Below are positions 1 through 9,107 of a stretch of 64,000 nucleotides of DNA, in pieces. Position 1 is the first letter of the stretch; each line of letters opens with the position of its first letter. Position numbers and translations under genes: made by a program. The notes beneath the pieces are model-generated. The model was not told the DNA's origin. It made no database searches and saw only the letters and a list, made by a program, of their open reading frames with translations. The stretch comes from Oceanispirochaeta sp. (lineage in GTDB: Bacteria > Spirochaetota > Spirochaetia > DSM-2461), in contig CAXXOA010000002.1 in NCBI GenBank assembly GCA_963666275.2, forward strand, positions 1,536,001 to 1,600,000, in the 5' to 3' direction.

Positions 1-2
1 TT

Positions 3-119
3 GTTAACAGATTAAGCGGATTTCCCGATTCTTATAAGAGATACATTATGAATCAGATCCGCAAAGAGTTCGGAATGTCAAAGATTCCCATCACTCTTGA
101 CTTGAAGGAACGTTCCTGA
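3..119 (+). CDS. der: C-terminal end of ribosome biogenesis GTPase Der/EngA (partial, runs off the left edge)
   Basis: Frame 3 reads VNRLSGFPDSYKRYIMNQIRKEFGMSKIPITLDLKERS* with TGA at 117-119. This resembles the Der C-terminal motif SYxRYLxNxIRxxFG..PI. Confidence 0.75.
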   Translation, partial: VNRLSGFPDSYKRYIMNQIRKEFGMSKIPITLDLKERS

Positions 120-144
120 GCGGTTTCTGATCCGGGAGAGGTTT

Positions 145-1494
145 ATGTTCTATCAGAACCTGAAATATCGGGTTTTTTCTGTTCTCTTTCTACTCACCGC
201 ATCCCTCCTCTGGTCCCAGTCTTCTTTCATAGAAGAAGAAAGGATTCTGGAGGAGGCGGGCTTTCTGGAGAATGCAGAGGTCCGGATGGGTATGGAAGAC
301 ACAATCAAGGCCCCTTTCTACTCCCTTCTTACAAGACAGAAAGAGATCCATCAGCAGATCCTGAATCCTATCGCAGTCGAGTTTGAGCTGAGAAAATCAG
401 CCGAATCCTTCTATCTCCTTTTCAAGAATGAGCAGGATTACAGGTATCCTGTCTGGGGAAGGGGAAATTATATAATCAAAAGGGATCTCCGTTCAGGGGA
501 TTTTGAGCAGATAAAAATATTTCTGCAGAATGATGAACACACCTTTCTCCGCCTCTTTCCTCTGGATGAAAAACGTTCTGTACTGGATCTTGTCCTTTAC
601 GGGGTGACTCTCTACGAGGGAATTGTGATTCCCGTATCTCTTGAGGATCTCTCTGTTTCTCCTTTTACCCGTCTGATGCATCTTACAAGAGGAACAATCC
701 AATGGGATCTACTCTTTACTGTCCGGGAGTATCCCGAGTGGTCGGTCATGGCCTCTCTTGTGGAAAAGATCTCATCCGGTCTGGATTCTCTTCATGAAGT
801 GGATGATGCCGCTCAGAACAGTTTGGGGAATTTTGTTCTCATCGAGGACGGGACGGCACTTGAAGCTCCCGGCGGGGTGAACTGTTCGGGGTTTGCCAAA
901 TGGGTGGCCGACGGTCTCATTCTGGGGGAGAGCAAGGCTCTTCCGGAAGCTCTGATTTCCATTAATCGGCTGAAACAGCCTACAGATCCACCCGACGAAA
1001 GAGAAGAGAATCCCTGGAGTGCCGCCCGGGAGGACCGGGATCCCTATTTCGGTCTGGACTGGACCCGGAATCTCTCCTCGATCCTTTCGGAATTTGAAAA
1101 GGAAGATGCCGCCGGCGATCCCAGGGCTCATGATGTGAGGGATGTGCCGTTTTACACATATCGCGAAAATATCGGATATCCTCTGGAAAATATCAAATCC
1201 GTGCTGTATCTTCTTGCTGTGAAGAATCCCGGGGCATTTTATATGGGGTCGATCAACTCTCTTTTCGGAGAGGATCCGGTTTTGTGGCAGTACCACCACA
1301 TTGCTCTCTTTTTTCCCTGGTTTTCCGAAAAAGGGGACTTTCAGCTCTCTGTTCTGGAAACGGGAGTGACTTCCTCTCTTGAGAATCTGGAAGCCAGGTA
1401 TCCTGAAAGCTTCGTTCACCTGGTACGTGTGGACGGGGCAGATAAGTTTAAAAATCCATCGGACTTTGGTAAAGCCGCCGATATGCTGGAGTAG
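145..1494 (+). CDS. Exported hypothetical protein with an NlpC/P60- or papain-like Cys-His motif
   Basis: 449 aa. Signal-peptide-like N-terminus, SD GGAGAGG upstream, motifs NCSGFAKW and YHHIALF. Confidence 0.7.
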   Translation: MFYQNLKYRVFSVLFLLTASLLWSQSSFIEEERILEEAGFLENAEVRMGMEDTIKAPFYSLLTRQKEIHQQILNPIAVEFELRKSAESFYLLFKNEQDYRYPVWGRGNYIIKRDLRSGDFEQIKIFLQNDEHTFLRLFPLDEKRSVLDLVLYGVTLYEGIVIPVSLEDLSVSPFTRLMHLTRGTIQWDLLFTVREYPEWSVMASLVEKISSGLDSLHEVDDAAQNSLGNFVLIEDGTALEAPGGVNCSGFAKWVADGLILGESKALPEALISINRLKQPTDPPDEREENPWSAAREDRDPYFGLDWTRNLSSILSEFEKEDAAGDPRAHDVRDVPFYTYRENIGYPLENIKSVLYLLAVKNPGAFYMGSINSLFGEDPVLWQYHHIALFFPWFSEKGDFQLSVLETGVTSSLENLEARYPESFVHLVRVDGADKFKNPSDFGKAADMLE

Positions 1495-1594
1495 GGATAG
1501 AAGGGGAGGATGCGGCGCATCGATTCCCGTTCTTTATTCAGCGGCAGGTTTTCTGCAGAGCAGAAAGTCCGATAGCTATAATAGGAGTGATTGA

Positions 1595-2230
1595 ATGTTG
1601 GACATTATTTCGAAAGGCGGACCGATTCTGTGGATGATTATGGTGCTGTCTGTTGTGGCAACGGCAATAATTATTGAGCGGCTTTTATATTTTAAACGGA
1701 TAAAAGTAGATGAAGATAAACTCTTTCAGAGAATCAAAGGGGCTATTGAAAAACAGCACTTTGATGAAGCCCTCTCCATATGTGATTCCAATGTTTCTCC
1801 CCTGACCGGTTTGATGCAGGTGGGGATCAATCACAGAGATCAGCCGGATTATGTTCAGAAAGAGGTCCTCAAGGATGCGGCCCGTCAGGAAATTCCCCAG
1901 CTGGAACGGTTCCTGACTCCCCTGGGAACCATAGCCCATATCTCTCCGCTGCTGGGGCTTCTGGGAACCGTTACGGGTAATATTAAATCCTTCGGTATCC
2001 TCGGAGGCGGTATTTCCATGGGAGATCCCTCCATTCTGGCGAAAGGAATCTCCGAAGCTCTGATCACAACCGCGGCGGGTCTGATTGTTTCCATTCCGGC
2101 AGTTATCTTCTACAACTATCTCGTTAATAAAGTGGAGACGATCCTCATAAAGATGGAGAATCAGGTAAACGAAATGATCCTGCTCCTGAAAGGAAAAGCC
2201 ACTGACCAGTCCACAGGAGAAGCCCTATGA
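1595..2230 (+). CDS. exbB: MotA/TolQ/ExbB proton channel family protein
   Basis: Motifs SPLLGLLGTVTG and GISEALITTAAGL; 3 TM segments; SD AGGAG. Confidence 0.9.
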   Translation: MLDIISKGGPILWMIMVLSVVATAIIIERLLYFKRIKVDEDKLFQRIKGAIEKQHFDEALSICDSNVSPLTGLMQVGINHRDQPDYVQKEVLKDAARQEIPQLERFLTPLGTIAHISPLLGLLGTVTGNIKSFGILGGGISMGDPSILAKGISEALITTAAGLIVSIPAVIFYNYLVNKVETILIKMENQVNEMILLLKGKATDQSTGEAL

Positions 2231-2643
2231 TGTTTGAGAGGCGGTTGAAGCCTCACATCAATGTGGATCTGACTCCCCTTATCGATGTGGTGTTTCAGCT
2301 TGTGATTTTTTTCATGATCTCCAGTGTTTTCAATACGGCTCCCGGTATCACTCTGGATCTGCCAGAATCGGCCACTTCAGAGAATGTGGAGATTACTGAG
2401 CTCCGTTTGACTGTCATTTCAGAGGACGAGATCTATGTGAACAAGGATCTCTGCGATCTCAATACTCTTGAGGAAACCATACAGCTGGTCCGGGAACGGG
2501 ATGGGATTGAAGATCCTGTGGTTGTTCTGGACGGAGAGAAGAATATTCCCTATCAGCTTATGATTGAGATGCTGGATGCTCTGAGGAAACAGGGTTACGA
2601 CGGAGTGAATCTTGTAACCAGCGAGAAGAACAGGGACAGCTGA
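2227..2643 (+). CDS. exbD: ExbD/TolR biopolymer transport protein
   Basis: LTPLIDVVFQLVIFFM with the conserved TM Asp; ATGA overlap with exbB. Confidence 0.9.
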   Translation: MMFERRLKPHINVDLTPLIDVVFQLVIFFMISSVFNTAPGITLDLPESATSENVEITELRLTVISEDEIYVNKDLCDLNTLEETIQLVRERDGIEDPVVVLDGEKNIPYQLMIEMLDALRKQGYDGVNLVTSEKNRDS

Positions 2644-3596
2644 TGACTCCATATCAGATAAGCTGGCAGAAAAAAAGGACCAGGGACAGTATCCTGGCGG
2701 CTGTTCTGCTCCACCTCCTGCTGATCGGCGGCATGCTTCTTTTCGGACTGCTTTTCCGGGAGAATCTGGAAGAGTTTTCCGGCCCCGTTCTTGTAAAGCT
2801 GGGAGAACCCGAAGGGGCGGACCTGCCCCTTCCCCCCGAACCGGTGGATCAGGAAAGCATCCCCGAGGAGACTCAGCCCGAGCCTCTGGATACGCCTGAG
2901 GAAGCTCCCGTTCCGGAAGAGACGTCCATTCCCGAAGAGGTGCCCCGGACTCTGCCTGAGACGCAGAATGCGGCAGAACAGCAGACTCCTGTGGATTCGG
3001 CCGAAACCGCACCGGTCCAGCCTGTCTCTCCTCCCCAGACGGTGGAAGCTCCGGCGGCTCCCGAACCGGTTAAGATTCAGGGCAGCGATGCGGGGAATGC
3101 CTATGAAACAGTCCTGGCTACCGATGAGGGCCGGGTTGGAAGGAATCTCTGGATTCCCATCAGCCTCTATATGCCTTTGCCTGTGAATATCGAATCCTCT
3201 GTTATAGACAATATCCGCGGGGATTCTCTGAATACTCCGGAAGATTATAAAAGACTTCTTCTTCGTTATTACACTGAAGATCCCGTTCGGGATGGGGTCT
3301 ATCTGCTTGAATCCAATGTTTCACTGCCCGAGCGGCCGACTATCTGGAACCTGCTGGAGAATCAGACAGACTATGATGTAAGTCAGGCTGAATATAAAAC
3401 CGGCCGTACTCTTAATCCTGTGGTGCTGACATTTACAGTGAACCCGGAAACAAATCGGCTGGAAGATGTGGAACTGGATAGAACCAGCGGTTACGGTGAA
3501 ATTGATGAAGCTGTTCTTTACGGTTTTCAGGCTTCCCAGTACTACAATTCCACTGACCGAAAAATAAAGGGCCGTTTTACATACAGGTTCAACTGA
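2643..3596 (+). CDS. TonB/TolA-like energy transducer
   Basis: N-terminal TM with His (AAVLLHLLL), Pro/Glu-rich linker, C-terminal TonB_C-like RTSGYGEIDEAV; coupled to exbD. Confidence 0.75.
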   Translation: MTPYQISWQKKRTRDSILAAVLLHLLLIGGMLLFGLLFRENLEEFSGPVLVKLGEPEGADLPLPPEPVDQESIPEETQPEPLDTPEEAPVPEETSIPEEVPRTLPETQNAAEQQTPVDSAETAPVQPVSPPQTVEAPAAPEPVKIQGSDAGNAYETVLATDEGRVGRNLWIPISLYMPLPVNIESSVIDNIRGDSLNTPEDYKRLLLRYYTEDPVRDGVYLLESNVSLPERPTIWNLLENQTDYDVSQAEYKTGRTLNPVVLTFTVNPETNRLEDVELDRTSGYGEIDEAVLYGFQASQYYNSTDRKIKGRFTYRFN

Positions 3597-3607
3597 GTAG
3601 AAACAGC

Positions 3608-3636
3608 TTGCAAATACCCTTTCATTAGGGTACTGT
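3608..3636 (+). promoter_or_regulatory. Sigma70-type promoter
   Basis: TTGCAA (3608-3613), 17-nt spacer, TACTGT (3631-3636). Confidence 0.55.
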
Positions 3637-3642
3637 AGAAAC

Positions 3643-3782
3643 AGAAATCTGCTTTCAGAAAAGTATCACATATTTATTGCAGTGTTAGCGAATGAATCTG
3701 ATAGTCTCATGTTCGCTGACAGGGTTTTACCTGACTTTCCGGTTACTCTGTCGGGAATCGACTGTTTATTCTGAAGGCGGCT
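3643..3782 (+). ncRNA. Candidate structured RNA (6S-like architecture or cis-regulatory leader)
   Basis: 12-bp closing stem CTGCTTTCAGAA (3649-3660) / TTCTGAAGGCGG (3769-3780); internal hairpin TGTTAGCGAAT..GTTCGCTGACA (3683-3721); promoter immediately upstream. Confidence 0.4.
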
Positions 3783-3813
3783 AATTTTATATTCTGGACG
3801 GTTTTGCTGAATT

Positions 3814-4482
3814 ATGGCTGTAAAAGCGGTTGCCTTTGATATCGACGGGACTCTTTATCCCAACTGGAGAATGAAATTTCATTCCATTCCATTCCTCTTC
3901 TCTCATATCAACCTGATCATGAATTTTTCCCGGGTCAGGAAAGATATCCGGAAAATCGAGAAAATCGACAATTTTCACGAGATACAGGCGACTCTCATGT
4001 CCCAGATCACGGGCATGGACGTGGCTACGGCCAAGGAGACGCTGGACAGGATCGTCTATAAAAAGTGGGAGAAAATCTTCCGCAGAGTCAGGCCCTACGG
4101 CGGTCTGGATAAAACCCTGAGGCAACTGAGGGAGAAAGGCTATAAGCTGGGAGTCCTTTCGGATTTTCCCGTGGGCAATAAACTCAATTATTTCCGGGTC
4201 GACGGACATTGGGATGTGGCCATGTCCTCCGAGGAGACGGGGTACCTGAAACCCCACGCCGCTCCCTTTCTGGAACTGGCTTCCCGGCTGGGCTGCAGGC
4301 CCGAAGAGGTTATATACGTGGGAAACAGCATTGAGTACGACATAGAAGGTGCATCGGCTGCAGGGATGAAAACAGTTTATATCAACTGGAAAAAGCAGGA
4401 CCTCCCCCAGGCGGATGTTTCCATCACCTCTTACAGGCACTTTGTGGAGAAAATAGCTTTCCTGCTGGAAGAACAGGAGTAG
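3814..4482 (+). CDS. HAD superfamily hydrolase (subfamily IA)
   Basis: Motif I FDIDGTLY, KP motif, YVGNSIEYD..GA..AG. Confidence 0.9.
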   Translation: MAVKAVAFDIDGTLYPNWRMKFHSIPFLFSHINLIMNFSRVRKDIRKIEKIDNFHEIQATLMSQITGMDVATAKETLDRIVYKKWEKIFRRVRPYGGLDKTLRQLREKGYKLGVLSDFPVGNKLNYFRVDGHWDVAMSSEETGYLKPHAAPFLELASRLGCRPEEVIYVGNSIEYDIEGASAAGMKTVYINWKKQDLPQADVSITSYRHFVEKIAFLLEEQE

Positions 4483-4485
4483 GGT

Positions 4486-7400
4486 ATGACCACATTTAAT
4501 GCGGCGGATATTATTGTTCTTGCCATAGTCGCGATTGTTCTTTTTCTGTATCGGCAGATGGACAAGAATAACCGTTCCCTGGAGAAAGTCAGAAAATATG
4601 CTGACAAAGTCCGGGCGGATCTGGATAAACTGACCAAAGAGAAAAAAACGGAGATACATGATCTCAACATAGATATTGAACTCCAGGAAAAGACAAACCG
4701 GGAGATCCTTAAAAGGATTCAGACCGCCAACAGCGAAGCTCTTCAGCATTCGGAAGAACTGGAAGCTCTCAGAAATCAGCTGGATAAGGCTTCCGGGCGG
4801 CTCAGCGATCTTGATGAACTTACAAGAAATGTGGATGAAAACCTTCAGAGGATCCGCAAGGAATCGGAGTATGTCGATTCCGTGGGGCTCCGTCTCAATG
4901 ATCTTCTGCAGAGGACCGAGGAGCTGAAGGGCGGTATGGGAGAGCTTGTCGGAGCTTTCCGGCAGGAAAATGATAAAAGCCTGACCGAACTGAAGGATGC
5001 TTTCAGCGGTCAGATGACCGAAGAGTATCAGCGGTTCGGCAGAGAATATGCGGAACTCCAGGGACAGCTGGAGAGTTTTCAGACCTCCCTGTATGATCTT
5101 GTTCAGGCCCGGGACCGGGTGGCTGAGGAAAAAATGGCCTCTTTTCAGGGGCAGCTGTCGGAAGTGGAAAAATCTTTCAATATCCGTATTGAGAAAACGG
5201 CCCAGGAGGCGGTGGCTCTGGAGTCTACAGTTTTCGATGAGCTGAAAGAGGTCCTTTCCGGTCATAGGGACTCTCTGGAATCCAAATGGTCCGGGACCGT
5301 GGAAGATCTCAACGGAGATATCCGCACAACCAGAGAGGGGCTTGAGGATGAGATGACCTCTCTGAAAGAGGAAATGGATCGTCTTTCCTCTCATCTGAAT
5401 CAGTCTACAGGAGAGCAGGACAGGGTTCTCGGCTCCATGAAAGAGGAGCTTGAAGTGATGCTTCAGGCTTTCACCTCTACACGGAATAATATGACCCGCA
5501 TCAAAGATGAGGTGGAACAGAATCTTGATAAAATGGATGCCCGTGTTACAGCCCATCAGAAAGATGTTGAGACCCGTCTGGATGAGTTTTCGGGTTCCTT
5601 TACGGAAAAAATCGGAGAGACTGCCGAGACACTGCAGCTGGATTCTCTGAAAGCCATAGAAATGAAGCTCAAAGAGTATGAAAGCGGTTTTTACCCCCGG
5701 TTTGACAGGCTGGAGCAGTTTATGACTGACCTGGATGATCTGGAAGGGTCACTCCGTCAGAGTCTGGATGAAGTTAAATCCGGTGTTCTGGAAGAGTTTG
5801 CCCGGTTCGACAGACAGATGCAGGAACAGCGCTCAGACGAAGAGAAAGAGACCGAGGAGAGAGCAGAGAAACTCCGACAGGCCATGAAAGAGCTGGAACA
5901 GGGGCTGGATGATCTTAAAAGCCGTGCCTACGACAATGTTTCCGAGCAGCTCCAGGTCTTTGAGGATGATTTTTTCTCGGATCTGAAAAAACGGGATGAT
6001 TCCATCCAGAAAAATCTGAAAGAGTGGCAGGACAGCCTGTCTCTGCAGATTTCCGAAATGGCGGACCAGCAGGTCCGGGACCGGGACGAAGTGGAGCGGT
6101 CCTATACAGCGGAAATGAATAAACGGATGGGAGAGGTTCAGACAAAGGTCTATCAGCAGCTTGAAAAATTCCAGAATCAGGTGGAAGCCTTCAGAGAGAC
6201 CCTTGAAACCGGTATGGCCGACGGGGCTGATATGGTGAAGTCCTATCAGGAGAATCTCTCGGGAGATGTGAGCCGGCTCAGGGATGAATCCATGGATTTT
6301 ATGACGGATATCCTTGAAAAGATGAAAAACCATCTTCAGGAACGTCTGGATACGACCCGGAAGGATTTCTCCCAGAATATGGAGTCTATGAATCTGGACT
6401 TTGAACAGGCCCGCAAGGATTTTCAGATGAGTCATGAATCCATACAGTCCGATGTGACAGCCTGGCAGAACCGGGTTCTTCAGCAGATGAAGGATCAGGA
6501 GGAGCAGGTCGCTGAGCAGTACTCGGATTTTAAAGAGGGTGTGAAGAGCGAGATTCAGGAACTCCGGGATGATTTCAAGTCCCAGAAAGAGGAACTGATC
6601 CTGTCTACCAATGAAGAGCGATCCGATCTGAAACAGGATCTGGCGAGCATCAGCGAAAAGGTTTATCAGCTTCAGAACGATCTGAAGGATAAAACCTCCC
6701 AGACTCTGGAGAAATTCAACAGCGATTATAATCTTTTTATTCTGGAGTTCCAGAAGAAGATGCGCGACTCCCAGGGCGATGCGGAGCTGAAAGTCCGTGA
6801 AATGAGACAGGGTGTGGCGGATGCCAGGGAAAAACTGGAGACATTTCAGAAAAAACTCTTTACCAGGATTGAGGATGATTCCCGTCATCTTGCGGATAAC
6901 CTGGATGAAATATCCCGTAAACAGCAGGACTTCATCGCTCAGACCCATGTATTTGAAAAGGCCGATCAGCTCAAAGAGGCTCTTACCAGGGATCTGGGAG
7001 ATCTTAAAACCGAGATTCAGAGGGTGGAAGCCAATATGGAGCGGCTCCACGAGTATCAGGACGGTTTTGAAAAAGTTCAGGATCAGTACAGGGATGTACT
7101 GGATCAGATCAACAGGTTCATGCAGGAAAAACAGAAGGTGGACGAACTGGAGGAGAAGATCTCCCGGATGGTCAGCCTTTCCAAATCTGTGGATCTCAAA
7201 CTGGATCAGGTTACCTCGCTTCATGAAATGCTGCAGCAGTATCAGCAGCGGGTCAAAGAACTGGAGGATCAGCATCATGCGATTGATGCCAGATTTGCCA
7301 GGATTGAAGCAAAAGCCAAACTGGTGGATCAGACCAGCGAAAGTGTCGACAAGTTTACCGCTGTCCTCGCTGATATGGAAGAAAGTCTCACCGGAATGAA

Positions 7401-7824
7401 AGGGGAGATTGAACCCCTTTCCGTTCAGATCTCCTCTCTGGAACACAGGGATCAGGTTCTGAGCGAAAACAGGGCGATCACAGACGCTGTCTATGAAAAG
7501 ATCAATAACCTGAAGGGTGTCCTGGAGGATCTGGATACCCGGACGGCAAAAATTGAAAAAGCCAGGGAGTGGATGGCCCGGACCGAAACCCGAATGGATG
7601 GTGTGATCAAACAGGCCCAGGATCAGGTGAAACTGATGGGGCGACTGGCAGAGAGAGACGGACGTCCCGATGCGGCCAGGGCCGGAGGCTCTCCGGATAT
7701 GGATACCAGAGAGACTGTTCTCCGTCTGGCCAGGATGGGATGGAAATCGGAAGATATCGCCAGGACCCTGAAACTGAGCCGCGGCGAGGTGGAGCTGATT
7801 CTGGAAATAACACCGAAAGGTTAA
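4486..7824 (+). CDS. Large membrane-anchored coiled-coil protein (spirochaete type) with a C-terminal HTH-like segment
   Basis: 1112 aa. One N-terminal TM followed by RQMDKNNRSLEKVRKY, long E/K/Q/L-rich heptads, C-terminal GWKSEDIARTLKLSRGEVELILE. Confidence 0.85.
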   Translation: MTTFNAADIIVLAIVAIVLFLYRQMDKNNRSLEKVRKYADKVRADLDKLTKEKKTEIHDLNIDIELQEKTNREILKRIQTANSEALQHSEELEALRNQLDKASGRLSDLDELTRNVDENLQRIRKESEYVDSVGLRLNDLLQRTEELKGGMGELVGAFRQENDKSLTELKDAFSGQMTEEYQRFGREYAELQGQLESFQTSLYDLVQARDRVAEEKMASFQGQLSEVEKSFNIRIEKTAQEAVALESTVFDELKEVLSGHRDSLESKWSGTVEDLNGDIRTTREGLEDEMTSLKEEMDRLSSHLNQSTGEQDRVLGSMKEELEVMLQAFTSTRNNMTRIKDEVEQNLDKMDARVTAHQKDVETRLDEFSGSFTEKIGETAETLQLDSLKAIEMKLKEYESGFYPRFDRLEQFMTDLDDLEGSLRQSLDEVKSGVLEEFARFDRQMQEQRSDEEKETEERAEKLRQAMKELEQGLDDLKSRAYDNVSEQLQVFEDDFFSDLKKRDDSIQKNLKEWQDSLSLQISEMADQQVRDRDEVERSYTAEMNKRMGEVQTKVYQQLEKFQNQVEAFRETLETGMADGADMVKSYQENLSGDVSRLRDESMDFMTDILEKMKNHLQERLDTTRKDFSQNMESMNLDFEQARKDFQMSHESIQSDVTAWQNRVLQQMKDQEEQVAEQYSDFKEGVKSEIQELRDDFKSQKEELILSTNEERSDLKQDLASISEKVYQLQNDLKDKTSQTLEKFNSDYNLFILEFQKKMRDSQGDAELKVREMRQGVADAREKLETFQKKLFTRIEDDSRHLADNLDEISRKQQDFIAQTHVFEKADQLKEALTRDLGDLKTEIQRVEANMERLHEYQDGFEKVQDQYRDVLDQINRFMQEKQKVDELEEKISRMVSLSKSVDLKLDQVTSLHEMLQQYQQRVKELEDQHHAIDARFARIEAKAKLVDQTSESVDKFTAVLADMEESLTGMKGEIEPLSVQISSLEHRDQVLSENRAITDAVYEKINNLKGVLEDLDTRTAKIEKAREWMARTETRMDGVIKQAQDQVKLMGRLAERDGRPDAARAGGSPDMDTRETVLRLARMGWKSEDIARTLKLSRGEVELILEITPKG

Positions 7825-7828
7825 AGGG

Positions 7829-8632
7829 GTGTTTTATCACGGGTATGTCTTTCAGACCATGCTGGCTGTAGCCGGTCCTCTGAATGACGGAGAGGTGCGC
7901 CGGACCAGAACGATGCAGCTGGTATACGGGATAAACAGATCTTTTAAAATCCGTCTGAATGACACCTGGCATACATCCCGCTGCTGTGTCCTGGACGCGG
8001 ATGTTCCCCATTATATCAATGGGGACGGGGACTGGCAGTTCAGTTTTCATATCTATCCGGATTCCCATACGGGACATCTGCTGAAGTCTACGGTTCTGAA
8101 AAATTCTCCGGTTTCCGTATTTTCCCACGACAGAACATCAGTGAAGCCTGCGGTTCTGCCCTCGGCGGTCCGTCCGGTCCTTCCATTTGACCTTATGGAG
8201 ATTTTTGAACAGATCATCTTTCTTTTTACTGGGAGACACCCCTGCGTGAGACCAGAGAATCCCTTTCTGAAAGAGATGAGGCAGCAGGTTGCCCGCCAGG
8301 AGATCATCAGTCTGGAGCTTCTGGCCCGCGATGCGGGGCTCTCTCCTGCAGATTTGAAGAGTGAGTTCAAAAGGGCCAGTGAATTCGATCTCGATACATG
8401 GCTTGTTCACAGACGGATGATCCGTTTTTTCCGAGCCCTCGATGAGAGAGAAACATTCCCTTCAGAGGACGAGCTTGTGAATCTTGTAAAAAATGCCGGG
8501 ATCGGGGGGCTTGATGCTTTAGACAGGCTGTTTAAGGATTTTTTCGGAATCCCCTACAGTAAATGGATCAACAGAAACGTGGGAACCGTCATTCTCTATG
8601 ACGAGAAGCTGGGATTCCCCTGTTTCATGTGA
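7829..8632 (+). CDS. AraC-like transcriptional regulator (divergent)
   Basis: Cupin-like N-terminal half; C-terminal two-HTH pattern (SLELLARDAGLS..FK, LDRLFKDFFGIP); GTG start. Confidence 0.6.
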   Translation: MFYHGYVFQTMLAVAGPLNDGEVRRTRTMQLVYGINRSFKIRLNDTWHTSRCCVLDADVPHYINGDGDWQFSFHIYPDSHTGHLLKSTVLKNSPVSVFSHDRTSVKPAVLPSAVRPVLPFDLMEIFEQIIFLFTGRHPCVRPENPFLKEMRQQVARQEIISLELLARDAGLSPADLKSEFKRASEFDLDTWLVHRRMIRFFRALDERETFPSEDELVNLVKNAGIGGLDALDRLFKDFFGIPYSKWINRNVGTVILYDEKLGFPCFM

Positions 8633-8638
8633 CTTTTT

Positions 8639-8953
8639 CTAGAGTTCTTCAGATTCTTCTGAATGTTCCTCTGCCTTTGATGACTCTTTTACCTTTTTTT
8701 CAAGGTTTTCCAGAGACTCCAGGGATTTCAGGCTCTGAGCCATAATGTCACCTGTGGCTGCGGACACCTCGAGCAGGTTCAGCAGGATTTTTTCCTGTTT
8801 CATCAGATCCTGATTCTGTTTTTCAAGAATCGAGATCCTTTCCGCCTGCTCTCTGAGAGCCTCTACAAGAGGGTTCATATATTCATTTTCCCCTTCCTCT
8901 TCGAGGACGAGAAGGGTGTTGATCTTTCCGTTTAAATATACATTTCTAATCAT
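8639..8953 (-). CDS. Hypothetical small coiled-coil protein
   Basis: 104-aa Glu/Leu-rich ORF filling the gap, divergent from grpE. Confidence 0.55.
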   Translation of the reverse strand: MIRNVYLNGKINTLLVLEEEGENEYMNPLVEALREQAERISILEKQNQDLMKQEKILLNLLEVSAATGDIMAQSLKSLESLENLEKKVKESSKAEEHSEESEEL

Positions 8954-9107
8954 TAATCAGATCCTAACAGGTCTGGTCCAGAAAGACAATCAACTTTTTC
9001 CGGTAAGAAGAAAAAATGGAAAAACATTTCTTGACGATAAATCAGTAAAATTATTATTTTTTAGTCAGTAAAAATAACTACAAGTAATATAACTGGAAGG
9101 TTTTTAA

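Noticed and set aside
3787..7446. Long minus-strand ORFs 3787-5556 (589 aa) and 5833-7446 (537 aa)
   Set aside because: Antisense shadows of the HAD and coiled-coil genes; F/L/H/I-rich with no recognisable motifs.
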